A DNA stretch of 64,000 bases, from positions 9,059 through 73,058 of the forward strand of contig CAWIHJ010000023.1 in NCBI GenBank assembly GCA_963835795.1. Reading direction: 5' to 3'. Shown piece after piece: positions 37,242 through 48,152 of this stretch; the stretch's first letter is position 1; every line of letters begins with the position of its first letter. The stretch is from an uncultured Gammaproteobacteria bacterium (GTDB lineage: Bacteria; Pseudomonadota; Gammaproteobacteria; GCA-001735895). The position numbers were made by a program, and so were the translations under genes. The notes beneath the pieces were generated by a model. It was not told where the DNA came from. It was given only the letters and a program-made list of their open reading frames with translations, and ran no database searches.

Positions 37242-38063
37242 ATGTCGCTGCAGGCACAAGTCGAATTCCTCGCCCGGCGGGTGGAACGACCCATCTATTT
37301 CGCATCCAGCGCCGGGCGCAACGCCGCACACGAAATCGATCAGCCGATGCAGCGGGTTAGTGTCGATGTCAACGATGCCCGCTTAAGAGCCGATGCCGAC
37401 AGCGTCGATGAGTTTGGCATGCATCCTTCGGGGTTCAGCCTGCTCGAATTTCCTACCCGCGTGAATAACTTTCTCGATGCCAACGCGATCAGCGGCGTGT
37501 ACGAGGCCGAGGTGGACGTCTTTTTGAAATCAGTGACCGGCTGCAGTCGCGTACACATTTTCGATCATACGGTGCGCGCGTCGGACCCTGACCTGCGCGA
37601 ACAGAAGCAGGTACGCGAACCGGCTTACCTGGTGCACAACGATTACACGTCAAACTCGGGATTCGTCTGTCTGCGCGAAAACCTCGGCGCCGATGCCGAA
37701 CGGCTGGCACGCAGCCGCTTCCAGATCGTCAATGTCTGGCGTCCATTGGTCGATCCGGTGGAAGATTATCCACTGGCGCTGTGCGATGCACGCAGCCTCG
37801 ATCGCCAGGATTTGATCGATACCGAGCGCCGTGCCCCCAATCACACCGGTGAAATTCAGCTCGCGGTGCACGGCGGTGAACAGCAATGGTTTTACTTTTC
37901 CGAGATGCGGCCACCCGAGGTTCTGTTGTTCAAAACCTTCGATTCAAAAGATGGCGGCGTGCATCCCTGCAGCATTCACAGCGCCATTCGACTATCCCAG
38001 GCGCCAGCCAACGCGAAGCCACGTGAAAGTGTAGAAAGCAGGGCATTCGTGTTTTACGAATGA
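37242..38063 (+). CDS. CmcJ/NvfI (AsaB-like) family oxidoreductase
   Basis: 273 aa. HIFDHTVR...EPAYLVHNDYT...IVNVWRPL...YPLALCDARS...WFYFSEM blocks resemble the CmcJ/AsaB hydroxylase family. Assigned from memory of the family pattern. Confidence 0.5.
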   Translation: MSLQAQVEFLARRVERPIYFASSAGRNAAHEIDQPMQRVSVDVNDARLRADADSVDEFGMHPSGFSLLEFPTRVNNFLDANAISGVYEAEVDVFLKSVTGCSRVHIFDHTVRASDPDLREQKQVREPAYLVHNDYTSNSGFVCLRENLGADAERLARSRFQIVNVWRPLVDPVEDYPLALCDARSLDRQDLIDTERRAPNHTGEIQLAVHGGEQQWFYFSEMRPPEVLLFKTFDSKDGGVHPCSIHSAIRLSQAPANAKPRESVESRAFVFYE

Positions 38064-38106
38064 CCCTTTTATCCATCATTCACAAAGCGCCAACCCGGAA
38101 ACCGGC

Positions 38107-39240
38107 ATGACAGGATCAGAAACGAGAAGTTCGGCTTTGGACAGTATCTGGGAGGTTGCTATCGAAGCCGTCTCCGGCTACCCGGCGGTGGCCAATGCGC
38201 TGCAGGCCGATCCAGCCTACAGGCCTGAGCAGATATTCGCGGTCGGCAAGGCCGCGGCGGGCATGTGCCTCGGTGCCATCGACAACCTGCCTCCCTGCGA
38301 TGCACTGGTGGTGACCAAGTATGGTCATGCGGACGCCGAGCTGCAGGCGCGCGAGCGCGTTACCGTGCTTGAAGCCGGGCATCCGATACCGGACCAGAAC
38401 TCGCTTGCGGCCGGGCATGCTTTGCTCGAGAGCACCTTCACCATGCCGGCTGATAGCCGCCTGTTAGTGCTGGTTTCGGGTGGCGCATCGGCGCTCGCCG
38501 AGGCCTTGCCTGCCGACATGTCGCTAGCCGATTTACAGGAAAAGACCGATGCAATGATTGCCAGTGGCAACACCATCGGTGAAATCAACGCCTGGCGCAA
38601 AGCGCATTCATTGATCAAGGACGGCAAGCTATTGGAAGCCTTTCACGGTGCCGAAGTCCGTGTTTACGCCATATCGGATGTCGAAGGGGATGGTATCGAC
38701 ACGATTGGTTCCGGTATTGGCGACTGCCATCGCGCGACGGCGCGGGCGAATTCAAAAGTCATCGCGTCAAATAGCATCGCGCGTGCGCACGCCGAACAAA
38801 AAGCACGAGATCTGGGTCTGACCGTTCAACTCAATGAAGAAACGCTCTACGGGAATGTATACGATCTTGCCGCCAGCATCGGCGAAACCCTGCGCAGTGC
38901 CGAAGCGGGCGTCTATATCTGGGGCGGTGAACCCACGGTGATTTTACCGCGCAATCCTGGCCAGGGTGGCCGCAACCAGAGCCTGGCACTGGCCATATCC
39001 GAGCACCTGTCCGGTCTCGATCACATCAGCCTGCTGGTCGCCGGTACCGATGGCTCCGATGGACCGACAACCGCTGCCGGTGGCCGCGTGGACGGTGCTA
39101 CCTGGAAGAGGGGCGCGCGTGGCGCGCTAAAGCGGGCCGATGCCGGGACTTACCTCGAACGGCAGGGGGCATTGTTCGTAACCGGACCGACCAACACCAA
39201 CGTCATGGACCTCGCCATCGCCATCGTCGACGAGTCCTGA
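38107..39240 (+). CDS. Glycerate 2-kinase / hydroxypyruvate-reductase-like protein (DUF4147 + MOFRL domains)
   Basis: AVGKAAAGM...VLEAGHPIPD...LVLVSGGASAL...IWGGEPTVILPRNPGQGGRNQSLALA...LLVAGTDGSDGPT...TGPTNTNVMDL are hallmark MOFRL-family blocks. Confidence 0.75.
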   Translation: MTGSETRSSALDSIWEVAIEAVSGYPAVANALQADPAYRPEQIFAVGKAAAGMCLGAIDNLPPCDALVVTKYGHADAELQARERVTVLEAGHPIPDQNSLAAGHALLESTFTMPADSRLLVLVSGGASALAEALPADMSLADLQEKTDAMIASGNTIGEINAWRKAHSLIKDGKLLEAFHGAEVRVYAISDVEGDGIDTIGSGIGDCHRATARANSKVIASNSIARAHAEQKARDLGLTVQLNEETLYGNVYDLAASIGETLRSAEAGVYIWGGEPTVILPRNPGQGGRNQSLALAISEHLSGLDHISLLVAGTDGSDGPTTAAGGRVDGATWKRGARGALKRADAGTYLERQGALFVTGPTNTNVMDLAIAIVDES

Positions 39241-39264
39241 GGCCAACTGAATGAGCCATATCCT

Positions 39265-40752
39265 ATGAGCTACCGCGTACTCAGCGCAGAAATCGCCCAC
39301 GAAACCAACACCTTCAGCCGACGGCCTACCGATCAGCAAGCATTCCGTAATCATTTCTACCTGGTGGGTGGAGAGGCACTGGCGCGGCGCGTCGATGCCA
39401 ACACCGAAGTGGGCGGATTTCAGCAGGTTGCGCTGCAGCATGGCTGGATTCTCGATCACGTACTCAGCGCTGGCGCAGGGCCATCGGGCAAGGTGACCCA
39501 GGCAGCATTTGACTGGCTGCTCGAGCCGTTGTTAGACGCGCTCGCCAGCGTGAACTATGACGCGATTCTGCTTGGCTTGCACGGGGCCATGGTGACCGAG
39601 CAGAACGACGATGGCGAAGGTGAAATTCTACGGCGCCTGCGTGCCGTATGCGGGCCCGACATACCGATTGCGATCACGCTCGATTTGCATGCCAATGTCA
39701 GCCAGGCGATGTGTGACCTGGCCAATATCATCGTCTCGTACAAGACCTATCCACACGTGGACATGCGCGAGGCTGGTTGCCACGCGGCCCGCTTGCTGCA
39801 ATCCACGCTGTGCGGAGAAATCATGCCACGAACGATTCGCGCAAGCCGCCCGATGCTCGAAGAGGTCAATGGTGGTCGCACCGATACCGGTCCGATGCTC
39901 GAGCGCTTGCAGGCTGCGCGCGTATGGGAGCAACGTGAAGATGCGCATGCCGTCAGTATCAATGCCGGGTTTGCCAGTGCCGACATCGCGGAAGTCGGGC
40001 CGACTGTGCTGGTGACTTGCGAAGGTGATATGGAGCCACACCGGGCTTTTGCCGAAAATCTGATCGACGATATATGGCAACGCCGTGGTGAGGTGATCAA
40101 CGATTATCTCGACGTCGATACTGCAGCCGAGATTGCCAGTCGCCACGACGCCGGCAACGGACCGCTCATCATTGCGGACTATGCGGATAACCCGGGTGCC
40201 GGTGGCTATGGAGATTCCACCGAGCTTTTACGCGCGCTGCTGGCGGCAGGCATCAGCAATGCCTGTTTCGGCCCCATGGTCGATGCCGAAACCGTCCAGG
40301 CCCTGTGGCCACTCGCACCGGGCAGCGAGGTCGAAATCCAGCTCGGTGGTAAAACCGATCCCCGCTATGGTGGTGGACCACTTGTGCTGCAGGCGCAGTT
40401 GATTTCCAAAAGCGATGGCAATTACACGGGGCAGGGCGCAATGATTGGTGGACTGCAGCGCAGTTTCGGGCCGACCGCGGTGATTGGAATCGCGGGCATC
40501 GAGGTGCTGGTGACGACGTTTTCCGCACAGATGCTGGATTTGCAGCAATTCCGCAGCTTTGCCATCGAACCGACGACAAAGTCGGTGGTCGCGTTAAAGT
40601 CGATGCAACACTTTCGCGCCGATTTTGAACCGATCGCAGCCGCGGTCATCGTCTGCGACAGTGGCGCCTTGTGTACTCCGCGTTACCGCTTGCTCGATTA
40701 CCGTAAAGTGCCACGACCCATATTTCCACTCGACGCGGAACTCGACCCCTGA
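39265..40752 (+). CDS. M81-family metallopeptidase (MlrC/microcystinase-C-like)
   Basis: MSYRVLSAEIAHETNTFS...AILLGLHGAMVTE...DGEGEILRRLR...IAITLDLHANVS...VSYKTYPHVDM... matches the MlrC N- and C-domain pattern. 495 aa. Confidence 0.75.
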   Translation: MSYRVLSAEIAHETNTFSRRPTDQQAFRNHFYLVGGEALARRVDANTEVGGFQQVALQHGWILDHVLSAGAGPSGKVTQAAFDWLLEPLLDALASVNYDAILLGLHGAMVTEQNDDGEGEILRRLRAVCGPDIPIAITLDLHANVSQAMCDLANIIVSYKTYPHVDMREAGCHAARLLQSTLCGEIMPRTIRASRPMLEEVNGGRTDTGPMLERLQAARVWEQREDAHAVSINAGFASADIAEVGPTVLVTCEGDMEPHRAFAENLIDDIWQRRGEVINDYLDVDTAAEIASRHDAGNGPLIIADYADNPGAGGYGDSTELLRALLAAGISNACFGPMVDAETVQALWPLAPGSEVEIQLGGKTDPRYGGGPLVLQAQLISKSDGNYTGQGAMIGGLQRSFGPTAVIGIAGIEVLVTTFSAQMLDLQQFRSFAIEPTTKSVVALKSMQHFRADFEPIAAAVIVCDSGALCTPRYRLLDYRKVPRPIFPLDAELDP

Positions 40753-40789
40753 AGTTCAGCCCAATCTGTAGTCGCAATCGGCAGTCTGC

Positions 40790-42658
40790 TTACAACATTG
40801 CCTTGATTTCATCGAGCGCGGCCGGATCCTCGATGGTCGATGGCACCACGTAATCGTCGCCATCGACGATGGCGCGCAGGGTTTTTCGCAATATTTTCCC
40901 GGAACGGGTTTTTGGCAGGCGAGCGACGATCAACGCCTGTTTGAAAGCGGCCACCGCACCGATGTCCCTGCGCACCATCGCGATCACTTCATCGATCACC
41001 TGTGCGGGCGCGGCACCCGACATGTTTTTCAACACCACGAAGCCCATCGGTAGCTGGCCCTTGAGTTCGTCGCGCCGACCGATAACGGCGCATTCGGCAA
41101 CCATCGGATGCTTGCCGACAATCTCTTCCATCTCGCCGGTCGACAGCCGGTGCCCGGCAACGTTGATCACGTCATCCATGCGACCCATGATGTACAAGTA
41201 GCCATCTTCATCGAAGTAACCGCCGTCACCGGTGGTGAAATAACCGGGATAGGTTTCCAGGTAGTTAGCCTTGAAACGTTCGTCGTCGCCCCAGATCGAG
41301 GTCAGGCAGCAGGGTGGTAGTGGCAGCTTGATGGCGATGAATCCCTGTTCATTGGCTTTGAGCCGATTGCCGGCTTCATCGAGAATTTGCACGTCGAATC
41401 CAGGCACGGGCACGGTCGATGACCCGGACTTAACCGGCATCGATTCGAGGCCGTGCAGGTTGGCGGCGATTGACCAGCCGGTCTCCGTTTGCCACCAGTG
41501 ATCGAGTATCGGCACTTTAAAGGTTTCAGCCAGCCACTCGTAGGTGGGCGGGTCGAGACGTTCGCCAGCGGCAAATATGGTTTCCATGCAGGAAATATCG
41601 TATTGACGCGCAAGTTCGGCCTGCGGATCTTCCTTGCGGATCGCGCGAAATGCGGTTGGCGCAGTGAACAGGGCTTTCACCCGGTGTTCTGCAATAACCC
41701 TCCAGAAGGCGCCAGCGTCGGGGGTCATAATCGGTTTGCCCTCGTAGAGCACGGTTGTACAGCCATGAATCAGTGGCCCGTAGACAATATAGGAATGACC
41801 GACCACCCAACCGACATCGGAAGCCGCCCAGAACACTTCACCGGGCTGCATGTCGTAAATCGCGGTCATGCTGTACTTCATTGCCACTGCATGCCCGCCA
41901 TTTTCACGCACCACGCCCTTGGGTTTACCGGTGGTACCCGAGGTGTAGAGGATGTACAACGGGTCGCTACCTTTTACCGGCACGCAAGCGGCCGGTTCGG
42001 CAGCAGCCTGGGCCTGCGCCCAGTCGACATCGCGCCCGGCCTGCATGCTGGCTTCGGACTCGGGGCGTTGCCACACAATGCAGTGAGTGGGCTTGTGCTG
42101 TGCCAGATTGATGGCGCTGTCGACGATGGGCTTGTATTCGATCACGCGATTGATTTCGATACCGCAGGAAGCGGTTAACAACACTTTGGGAGTGGCATCG
42201 TCGAGACGCAGTGCGAGCTCGGGCGGGGCGAAGCCGCCAAACACCACCGAATGGATCGCGCCGAGGCGCGCGCAGGCCAGCATCGAGATCAGCGCCTGCG
42301 GAATCATCGGCAGGTAAATTACCACGCGATCGCCTTTGCCAACCCCGTGATTTTTGAGCATGCCGGCACACAGCGCCACCTCGTCCCGCAACTGGCGAAA
42401 GCTGTATTTGCGCTGCTGCCCGGTAACCGGTGAATCGTAAATAAGCGCCGTCTGCTCGGCGCGACCATTATCGACATGAAAGTCGAGCGCGAGGTGGCAG
42501 GTATTCAATTCGCCGTCGGCAAACCAGCGATCGATACCCTGTTCATCGCGAGTCAGAACTTCGCTTGCAGCCTGGTACCAGTCCAGTGCTTTGGCCTTTT
42601 CGGCCCAGAAAGCTTGTGGATCTTCGATCGAAGCGCGGAATTCCTTTGCATAGCTCAT
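40790..42658 (-). CDS. prpE: Propionate--CoA ligase (short-chain acyl-CoA synthetase)
   Basis: 622 aa. MSYAKEFRASIEDPQAFWAEKAKALDW..., AMP-binding motif [36 protein letters not shown]. Collinear with E. coli PrpE as I recall it. Confidence 0.8.
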   Translation of the reverse strand: MSYAKEFRASIEDPQAFWAEKAKALDWYQAASEVLTRDEQGIDRWFADGELNTCHLALDFHVDNGRAEQTALIYDSPVTGQQRKYSFRQLRDEVALCAGMLKNHGVGKGDRVVIYLPMIPQALISMLACARLGAIHSVVFGGFAPPELALRLDDATPKVLLTASCGIEINRVIEYKPIVDSAINLAQHKPTHCIVWQRPESEASMQAGRDVDWAQAQAAAEPAACVPVKGSDPLYILYTSGTTGKPKGVVRENGGHAVAMKYSMTAIYDMQPGEVFWAASDVGWVVGHSYIVYGPLIHGCTTVLYEGKPIMTPDAGAFWRVIAEHRVKALFTAPTAFRAIRKEDPQAELARQYDISCMETIFAAGERLDPPTYEWLAETFKVPILDHWWQTETGWSIAANLHGLESMPVKSGSSTVPVPGFDVQILDEAGNRLKANEQGFIAIKLPLPPCCLTSIWGDDERFKANYLETYPGYFTTGDGGYFDEDGYLYIMGRMDDVINVAGHRLSTGEMEEIVGKHPMVAECAVIGRRDELKGQLPMGFVVLKNMSGAAPAQVIDEVIAMVRRDIGAVAAFKQALIVARLPKTRSGKILRKTLRAIVDGDDYVVPSTIEDPAALDEIKAML

Positions 42659-42817
42659 TATCAGTCCCCCCTCAGGTGTTTTATTTTTCCGGGTATAAAC
42701 CAGGGTTAATCATATAATAATCAAGTGTGAATAATACGGGTGTCCTTTATGGCGAACATTGGAAAAATTAATGCTGAATACCGATGTCTTGTCGACAATC
42801 AATGCAAAACTGCCCTG

Positions 42818-43729
42818 TTACCTGCCAAAGGACTGATTCATAATTTCGATAAATCGCTTTGCCGGCGCCGATAAAAATTTGCCTTTACGAGTGACGATTC
42901 CATAGCTGCGCTTGGGGAAATACTGATCCACGGGTATCACGCACATGGCCGCGCGATCCTGCTCGGTGATACACACATCGGTGACGATCGATATACCCTG
43001 GCCCAGGCTGACGTAACGCTTGATGACTTCCCAGCCGCCGGCTTCGAGAGTGACCCGAAAATTGACGTTGTGCTGGGCAAACACCATTTTGACGATATGC
43101 CAGGTGCTGAGATGACGCGGTGGCAAAATCAGACCGTACTTGCCGATATCGGCAATGGTGATTTTTTCCATCAGCGCGAGTGGATGATCGAGCGGCGTGA
43201 TGACGACCGGGTTATAGGTAACAATCGGATCGTAGGTCAGGTCCTCGGGTACTTCCAGCATCGAACCGATGGCAAAATCGACCGCGTCGGTGCGTAGCAT
43301 TTCCATGCCGTTACGGCCGGTTTCATTGGCGAGGCGCAATTTTATTCCCGGATATTGGTGGGAAAACTTGCCCACGGGTTCCGGTAACACGTAAAGAATC
43401 GTGGATTCTCCGGCGGCAATATTGAGTTCACCGGACGTCAGGTTTCCGCAGTGTGCGTCAAAGGTCTCTTTCAGGCGATCGATACCTTGCACGTGTGGCA
43501 GGCAAAGTTCATAGAGGATACTGCCTTCGGTTGTCAGGGTCAGTTTCGGGCCATTGCGTTCGAACAGGATCGTGTCCATTTCCTCTTCGAGTGCATGAAT
43601 TTGCAGCGAGATTGTCGGTTGACTGGCAAACAGTGATTCAGCCGCCCTGGTCATACTGCCGAGTTTGGCCGTCTGACAAAAAGCGCGCAGCTTTTTAAGG
43701 TGATTTTGCTTGTAGTAAGAATTGGCCAT
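42818..43729 (-). CDS. LysR-family transcriptional regulator
   Basis: N-terminal wHTH LKKLRAFCQTAKLGSMTRAAESLFASQPTISLQIHALEEEMDTILFER followed by a periplasmic-binding-like effector domain. 303 aa. Confidence 0.9.
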   Translation of the reverse strand: MANSYYKQNHLKKLRAFCQTAKLGSMTRAAESLFASQPTISLQIHALEEEMDTILFERNGPKLTLTTEGSILYELCLPHVQGIDRLKETFDAHCGNLTSGELNIAAGESTILYVLPEPVGKFSHQYPGIKLRLANETGRNGMEMLRTDAVDFAIGSMLEVPEDLTYDPIVTYNPVVITPLDHPLALMEKITIADIGKYGLILPPRHLSTWHIVKMVFAQHNVNFRVTLEAGGWEVIKRYVSLGQGISIVTDVCITEQDRAAMCVIPVDQYFPKRSYGIVTRKGKFLSAPAKRFIEIMNQSFGR

Positions 43730-44099
43730 ATGTTTGTCTCGCGATACGAATTATTAGGTAGTTCAATGCAAAAATCAAATTTGATGAATTAATTCAATAC
43801 ACCAGATATTTAGCCGGTCGTTTCGCAAGCAAACCAACGTCGTTTCGACGGGGGGAAATGTCGACCTGATCGCAGTGTTGCGCTGGATTTGCCGGCATAA
43901 TCCGGTTGGTTCGAAACTTGATCATTTATAACAAAACCCAATAGCTTTGATTAAATAAATTGGCTTTTTAAATAGTAGGAGTTGGGTATATTGGGCAACC
44001 TGCAGATCTTGCGCCTCGAGTGAGCGGGCCTTAACCGAAATAAACCATTTTTAGAGTGCCAACCGGATGTATGACCATATTTTTGAGAGAAACCACAAC

Positions 44100-45404
44100 A
44101 TGAATAGAGACGAGCAAATCACCGCCCTGGAGCAGGAATGGCAGGACAACCCGCGTTGGACGAATATAACGCGGGGTTACAGTGCCGCTGACGTGGTACG
44201 TCTGCGCGGCTCGGTACAGCCGGAAAATACACTGGCGCGCATGGGGGCCGAGAAGCTCTGGGCGCAGGTAAACGGTGCGGCCAAAAAAGGCTACGTCAAC
44301 AGCATGGGCGCCATCACCGGTGGCCAGGCTATGCAACAGGCCAAGGCAGGTATCGAGGCCATTTACCTGTCCGGCTGGCAAGTTGCCGCCGACGGCAATA
44401 CCTCGGAAACCATGTACCCGGATCAATCCCTGTACGCCTATGACTCGGTGCCGGCGATGGTTCGTCGCATCAACAACACCTTTCGACGCGCCGATGAAAT
44501 TCAATGGGGTCGTGGCATCAATCCAGGTGACGACAATTTTGTCGACTACTTCCTGCCGATTGTGGCCGATGCCGAAGCGGGTTTCGGTGGCGTGCTGAAC
44601 GCCTTTGAATTGATGAAGAACATGATCGCTGCCGGCGCCGGCGGCGTGCACTTCGAAGATCAACTGGCCGCGGTCAAGAAATGCGGCCACATGGGCGGCA
44701 AAGTATTGTTACCGACGCAGGAAGCCGTGCAGAAGCTGATAGCGGCGCGCCTGGCCGCCGACGTCATGGGTGTACCCACGGTGCTGCTGGCGCGTACCGA
44801 TTCCGAGGCGGCTAACCTGCTGACCTCTGACGTCGACGATAGAGACAAGCCATTTTTAACCGGCGAGCGTACCAATGAAGGTTTTTACGTCGTCAAGAAT
44901 GGGCTCGAACAGGCCATTTCACGCGGCGTTTCCTACGCCGCCTACGCCGACATGGTGTGGTGTGAAACCGGTACCCCGGATCTCGGTTTTGCGCGTGAAT
45001 GGGCCGAGGCCGTGCGTGCAGAGCACCCGGGCAAGCTGCTGGCTTACAACTGTTCGCCGTCATTCAACTGGAAGAAAAACCTGGACGACAAGACCATTGC
45101 CGAATTCCAGGACAGGCTGGCCGAGATGGGTTACAAGTACCAGTTCATCACGCTAGCCGGTATCCACAACATGTGGTACAACATGTTCGATCTGGCGCAT
45201 GATTACGCGCGTGGCGAAGGCATGAAACATTACGTCGAGAAGGTACAGGAGCCCGAGTTCGCGGCGGCTGACAAGGGATACAGTTTCGTATCGCACCAGC
45301 AGGAAGTGGGCGCCGGTTACTTTGACGATGTGACCACCACCATCCAGGGCGGCGCTTCATCGGTTACCGCAATGGCTGGATCGACTGAAGAAGATCAGTT
45401 CTAA
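44100..45404 (+). CDS. aceA: Isocitrate lyase
   Basis: Signature KKCGHMGGK, with [24 protein letters not shown] and NCSPSFNW. Start taken at ATG 44100 ([14 protein letters not shown]); the track ORF begins at 44067. Confidence 0.95.
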   Translation: MNRDEQITALEQEWQDNPRWTNITRGYSAADVVRLRGSVQPENTLARMGAEKLWAQVNGAAKKGYVNSMGAITGGQAMQQAKAGIEAIYLSGWQVAADGNTSETMYPDQSLYAYDSVPAMVRRINNTFRRADEIQWGRGINPGDDNFVDYFLPIVADAEAGFGGVLNAFELMKNMIAAGAGGVHFEDQLAAVKKCGHMGGKVLLPTQEAVQKLIAARLAADVMGVPTVLLARTDSEAANLLTSDVDDRDKPFLTGERTNEGFYVVKNGLEQAISRGVSYAAYADMVWCETGTPDLGFAREWAEAVRAEHPGKLLAYNCSPSFNWKKNLDDKTIAEFQDRLAEMGYKYQFITLAGIHNMWYNMFDLAHDYARGEGMKHYVEKVQEPEFAAADKGYSFVSHQQEVGAGYFDDVTTTIQGGASSVTAMAGSTEEDQF

Positions 45405-45426
45405 TCAGACTAATCGATTGAACACA

Positions 45427-45461
45427 AAGCGCATGGAGTTTTACTCTGTGCGCTTTTTTTT
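45427..45461 (+). terminator. Rho-independent terminator after aceA
   Basis: AAGCGCA (45427-45433) pairs with TGCGCTT (45449-45455) and is followed by a T-run. Confidence 0.65.
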
Positions 45462-45586
45462 GGACAAGGATATTTACAGCTTGCAGGATGCTTTTAAAAT
45501 TGATTACACGGGGAAACGCCTTTCGCGTTATTGTTGATCCCTTGTATCCCGCAAAAACAGGGCATTGATTGAATCGAGAGAGTGCG

Positions 45587-46066
45587 ATGACATTTAAAAC
45601 AGCAGACTTGTGTGACCAGCATGAGGGTAAGGTGCAGGTAGTGAACCCCGGATTACATAACTTTGGCGCGCGGAACCGCTTCCATGGCGAGATGGTAACC
45701 GTCAAGGCTCTGGGCGACTTTTCCCAGGTACGCGCACAGGTGAAATCCGCGGGCCAGGGAAAAGTGCTGGTGGTCGACAATGACGCGGTGATGCAAGTGG
45801 CCATGCTCGGCGATCTGCTGGCGGCCGCAGCCGTTGAAAATGGCTGGCAGGGCGTTGTCATCAACGGCTGCATTCGCGATTCAGCCGACCTGGCTGGCAT
45901 GGATATCGGGGTAAAGGCACTGGCGTGCATTCCCGCCCGCGGTAAACGCGCGGAGCAGGGCGAGGTCAATGTACCGCTGGACTTTCTCGGCGCCGAGTTT
46001 CGCCCCGGCGAATTTCTCTACAGCGATGAGGATGGCATATTGTTGTCCGCAGAGGCGTTACTCTAA
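45587..46066 (+). CDS. rraA: RraA-family protein (RNase E regulator / HMG-CHA aldolase-oxaloacetate decarboxylase fold)
   Basis: MTFKTADLCDQHEGKVQVVNPGLHNFGARNRFHGEMVTVKA...KVLVVDNDAVMQVAMLGDLLAAAAVENGWQGVVINGCIRD is typical of RraA. ATG 45587 follows GAGAGAG. Confidence 0.8.
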   Translation: MTFKTADLCDQHEGKVQVVNPGLHNFGARNRFHGEMVTVKALGDFSQVRAQVKSAGQGKVLVVDNDAVMQVAMLGDLLAAAAVENGWQGVVINGCIRDSADLAGMDIGVKALACIPARGKRAEQGEVNVPLDFLGAEFRPGEFLYSDEDGILLSAEALL

Positions 46067-46084
46067 GCAGATGCAAAATTCAGG

Positions 46085-47824
46085 CTAACGCTTGAAACGA
46101 AACTTCTTCGCGTAGGGGAAAACGTCCTCGAAGATGCCGGCCTTGATGTTTTCCTGTTTTTGTATCCAGAAGGCTGGATCGAGTAAATCGCGATGGTGTT
46201 TCATAAACACCTGGCGTACGCGATTGTCGGCAAACAGAAAAGTCGAAAACTGTTCCGGAAACACGTCATTTGCGGCAATGCTGTACCAGGGTTCCGATGC
46301 CATTTCGTCTTCGGGGTAAAGCGCCTCTGGAATCGCGCGGAAATTGCATTCGGTCAGGTAGCAGATCTCGTCATAATCGTAGAATACGACCCGCCCCTGG
46401 CCCTGGCCGGTAACGCCGAAATTTTTAAGCAGCAAATCCCCGGGGAATATATTCGCCGCGGCCAGTTCCTTTATGGCCTGCCCGTAACCTTTCATCAGGC
46501 GTTCGAGATACTTTTCATTGGCTTGCTTGACCGCGATATTGAGCGGCGTCATGCGCCGCTCGATGTAGAGGTGCTTGATGATGATCTGGTCGCCTTTTTC
46601 GGAAATGCTGTTGGCGCAGGTGTCATATAGCTCTTCGAGCAAGTCTTCGGCAAATCGACTGCATGGCATGGCGACGTGGGAATATTCCAGTACGTCGGAC
46701 ATGCGTCCCACGCGATCGTGCATTTTCACCAGACGGTAAGTGTCGAGCACCTGTTGGCGAGTGGTTTTTTTCGGTGGCGGAAAGCGGTCGCGGATCACCT
46801 TGAATACGTAGGGATAGGAGGGCAGGGTAAACACCGCCATGACCATACCCTTGATCCCGGGCGCAAAGATCAACTCGTCTTCGGAATGCTTCAGATGATG
46901 CAGGTACTCGCGGAAAAAAACGGTTTTGCCCTGTTTGTGGAAACCGATCGCCGAGTAAAACGATTCCTTGTTGCGGTTTGGCATCAGGCGCCGCAGGAAG
47001 GTCACGATCGACGATGGCACCGGATGGTCAACCATGAAATAGACGTAGGAAAATTCGAACAGACGATTCAGGCCCTGGGTACCGAGAATGAGTGCATCGG
47101 CGTAAATCGAACCATCACCTCGGTGCAGCAACGGAATGGCGAAGGGGATGGTCTTGTCCGAATTGATCGCCTGGCCGACGATGTAGGCGGCCTTGTTGCG
47201 AAAAAATACACTGCTGATGACCTGAAACTGAAAGTTTAGATGGGCGTGCCGAGGTCGCGCAAAGGGTTGTTTGACCAGGGCGCGAATGATATTGCGAACA
47301 TCACGACTGATGTTTTCAAACGGCAGGTTGAAGCCAGCGTCGAGTAACACCTGTTTGATCGAGGCGCGAAACCCGCGTTTGGCGGGGTAGTAAACGTGAT
47401 AGGACGGTTTCTGCGAATCGATGTGCTCGGTGGAAACGGCGCTGCGCACAAAGATGTAATCGTTATCAAAATAATCGCGGTGAAACAACGCGCAAAATAC
47501 CGAGTTGTAAAACGATTCTGCCAGCTCCGGCTGTAGGTGATTACTGATCAACAACACGTATTCGCGTTTCACCGCAAACCATAACTGACTGTCGAATGGT
47601 TCGAGGGTGAACTGGTTCTGCAGGTCCTGGATTGCGTCGCGTACGCGAATGTCATAAAACTTGATGCGCTCGCGCGAGGCTTCGCGCTCGGCTGCCCAAT
47701 CGGCATTTTCAAAGCGTTCGCGCGCGCCACTGGTAATCTTGCTGAAGATGGTGAAATGGCGGTTGAAACCATTCAGAATGGTATCGGCGATTTGCACCGG
47801 CTGGCCGTTGACCATGGTTTGCAT
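46085..47824 (-). CDS. aceK: Isocitrate dehydrogenase kinase/phosphatase
   Basis: 579 aa. IADTILNGFNRHFTIFSKITSGARERFENADW...LAESFYNSVF...NIFPGDLLLKNFGVT...RVVFYDYDEI... matches AceK throughout. Confidence 0.9.
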   Translation of the reverse strand: MQTMVNGQPVQIADTILNGFNRHFTIFSKITSGARERFENADWAAEREASRERIKFYDIRVRDAIQDLQNQFTLEPFDSQLWFAVKREYVLLISNHLQPELAESFYNSVFCALFHRDYFDNDYIFVRSAVSTEHIDSQKPSYHVYYPAKRGFRASIKQVLLDAGFNLPFENISRDVRNIIRALVKQPFARPRHAHLNFQFQVISSVFFRNKAAYIVGQAINSDKTIPFAIPLLHRGDGSIYADALILGTQGLNRLFEFSYVYFMVDHPVPSSIVTFLRRLMPNRNKESFYSAIGFHKQGKTVFFREYLHHLKHSEDELIFAPGIKGMVMAVFTLPSYPYVFKVIRDRFPPPKKTTRQQVLDTYRLVKMHDRVGRMSDVLEYSHVAMPCSRFAEDLLEELYDTCANSISEKGDQIIIKHLYIERRMTPLNIAVKQANEKYLERLMKGYGQAIKELAAANIFPGDLLLKNFGVTGQGQGRVVFYDYDEICYLTECNFRAIPEALYPEDEMASEPWYSIAANDVFPEQFSTFLFADNRVRQVFMKHHRDLLDPAFWIQKQENIKAGIFEDVFPYAKKFRFKR

Positions 47825-48152
47825 CGGTTGACTCCCGGGCTGACTAAATCATACAAAACAATGCTGCGGCGAGCCTTGATTGCACTTGAAAAGGTAGAAA
47901 CTGATGAATACTGCGACGAGCTATTCGCTGTGCAAAACGCTTGCGGTGCGAAATTCGCGGGAAGTGTTACTTATCGCAACCGGCAGGTCAATACGCAGTC
48001 CAATTAGCAGGTAAAAAGCGTTGATTAAGATCAAAGCAATGCCAGATCCACACGCTTAAAGGGCGCAAACGTCTTGTCGCTTGGCTTGCTTTATGTAAGC
48101 ATTGCGCGAGTACTTTATTTACCGGTTATTCATCAAGTTCAAGGGAAACGCC

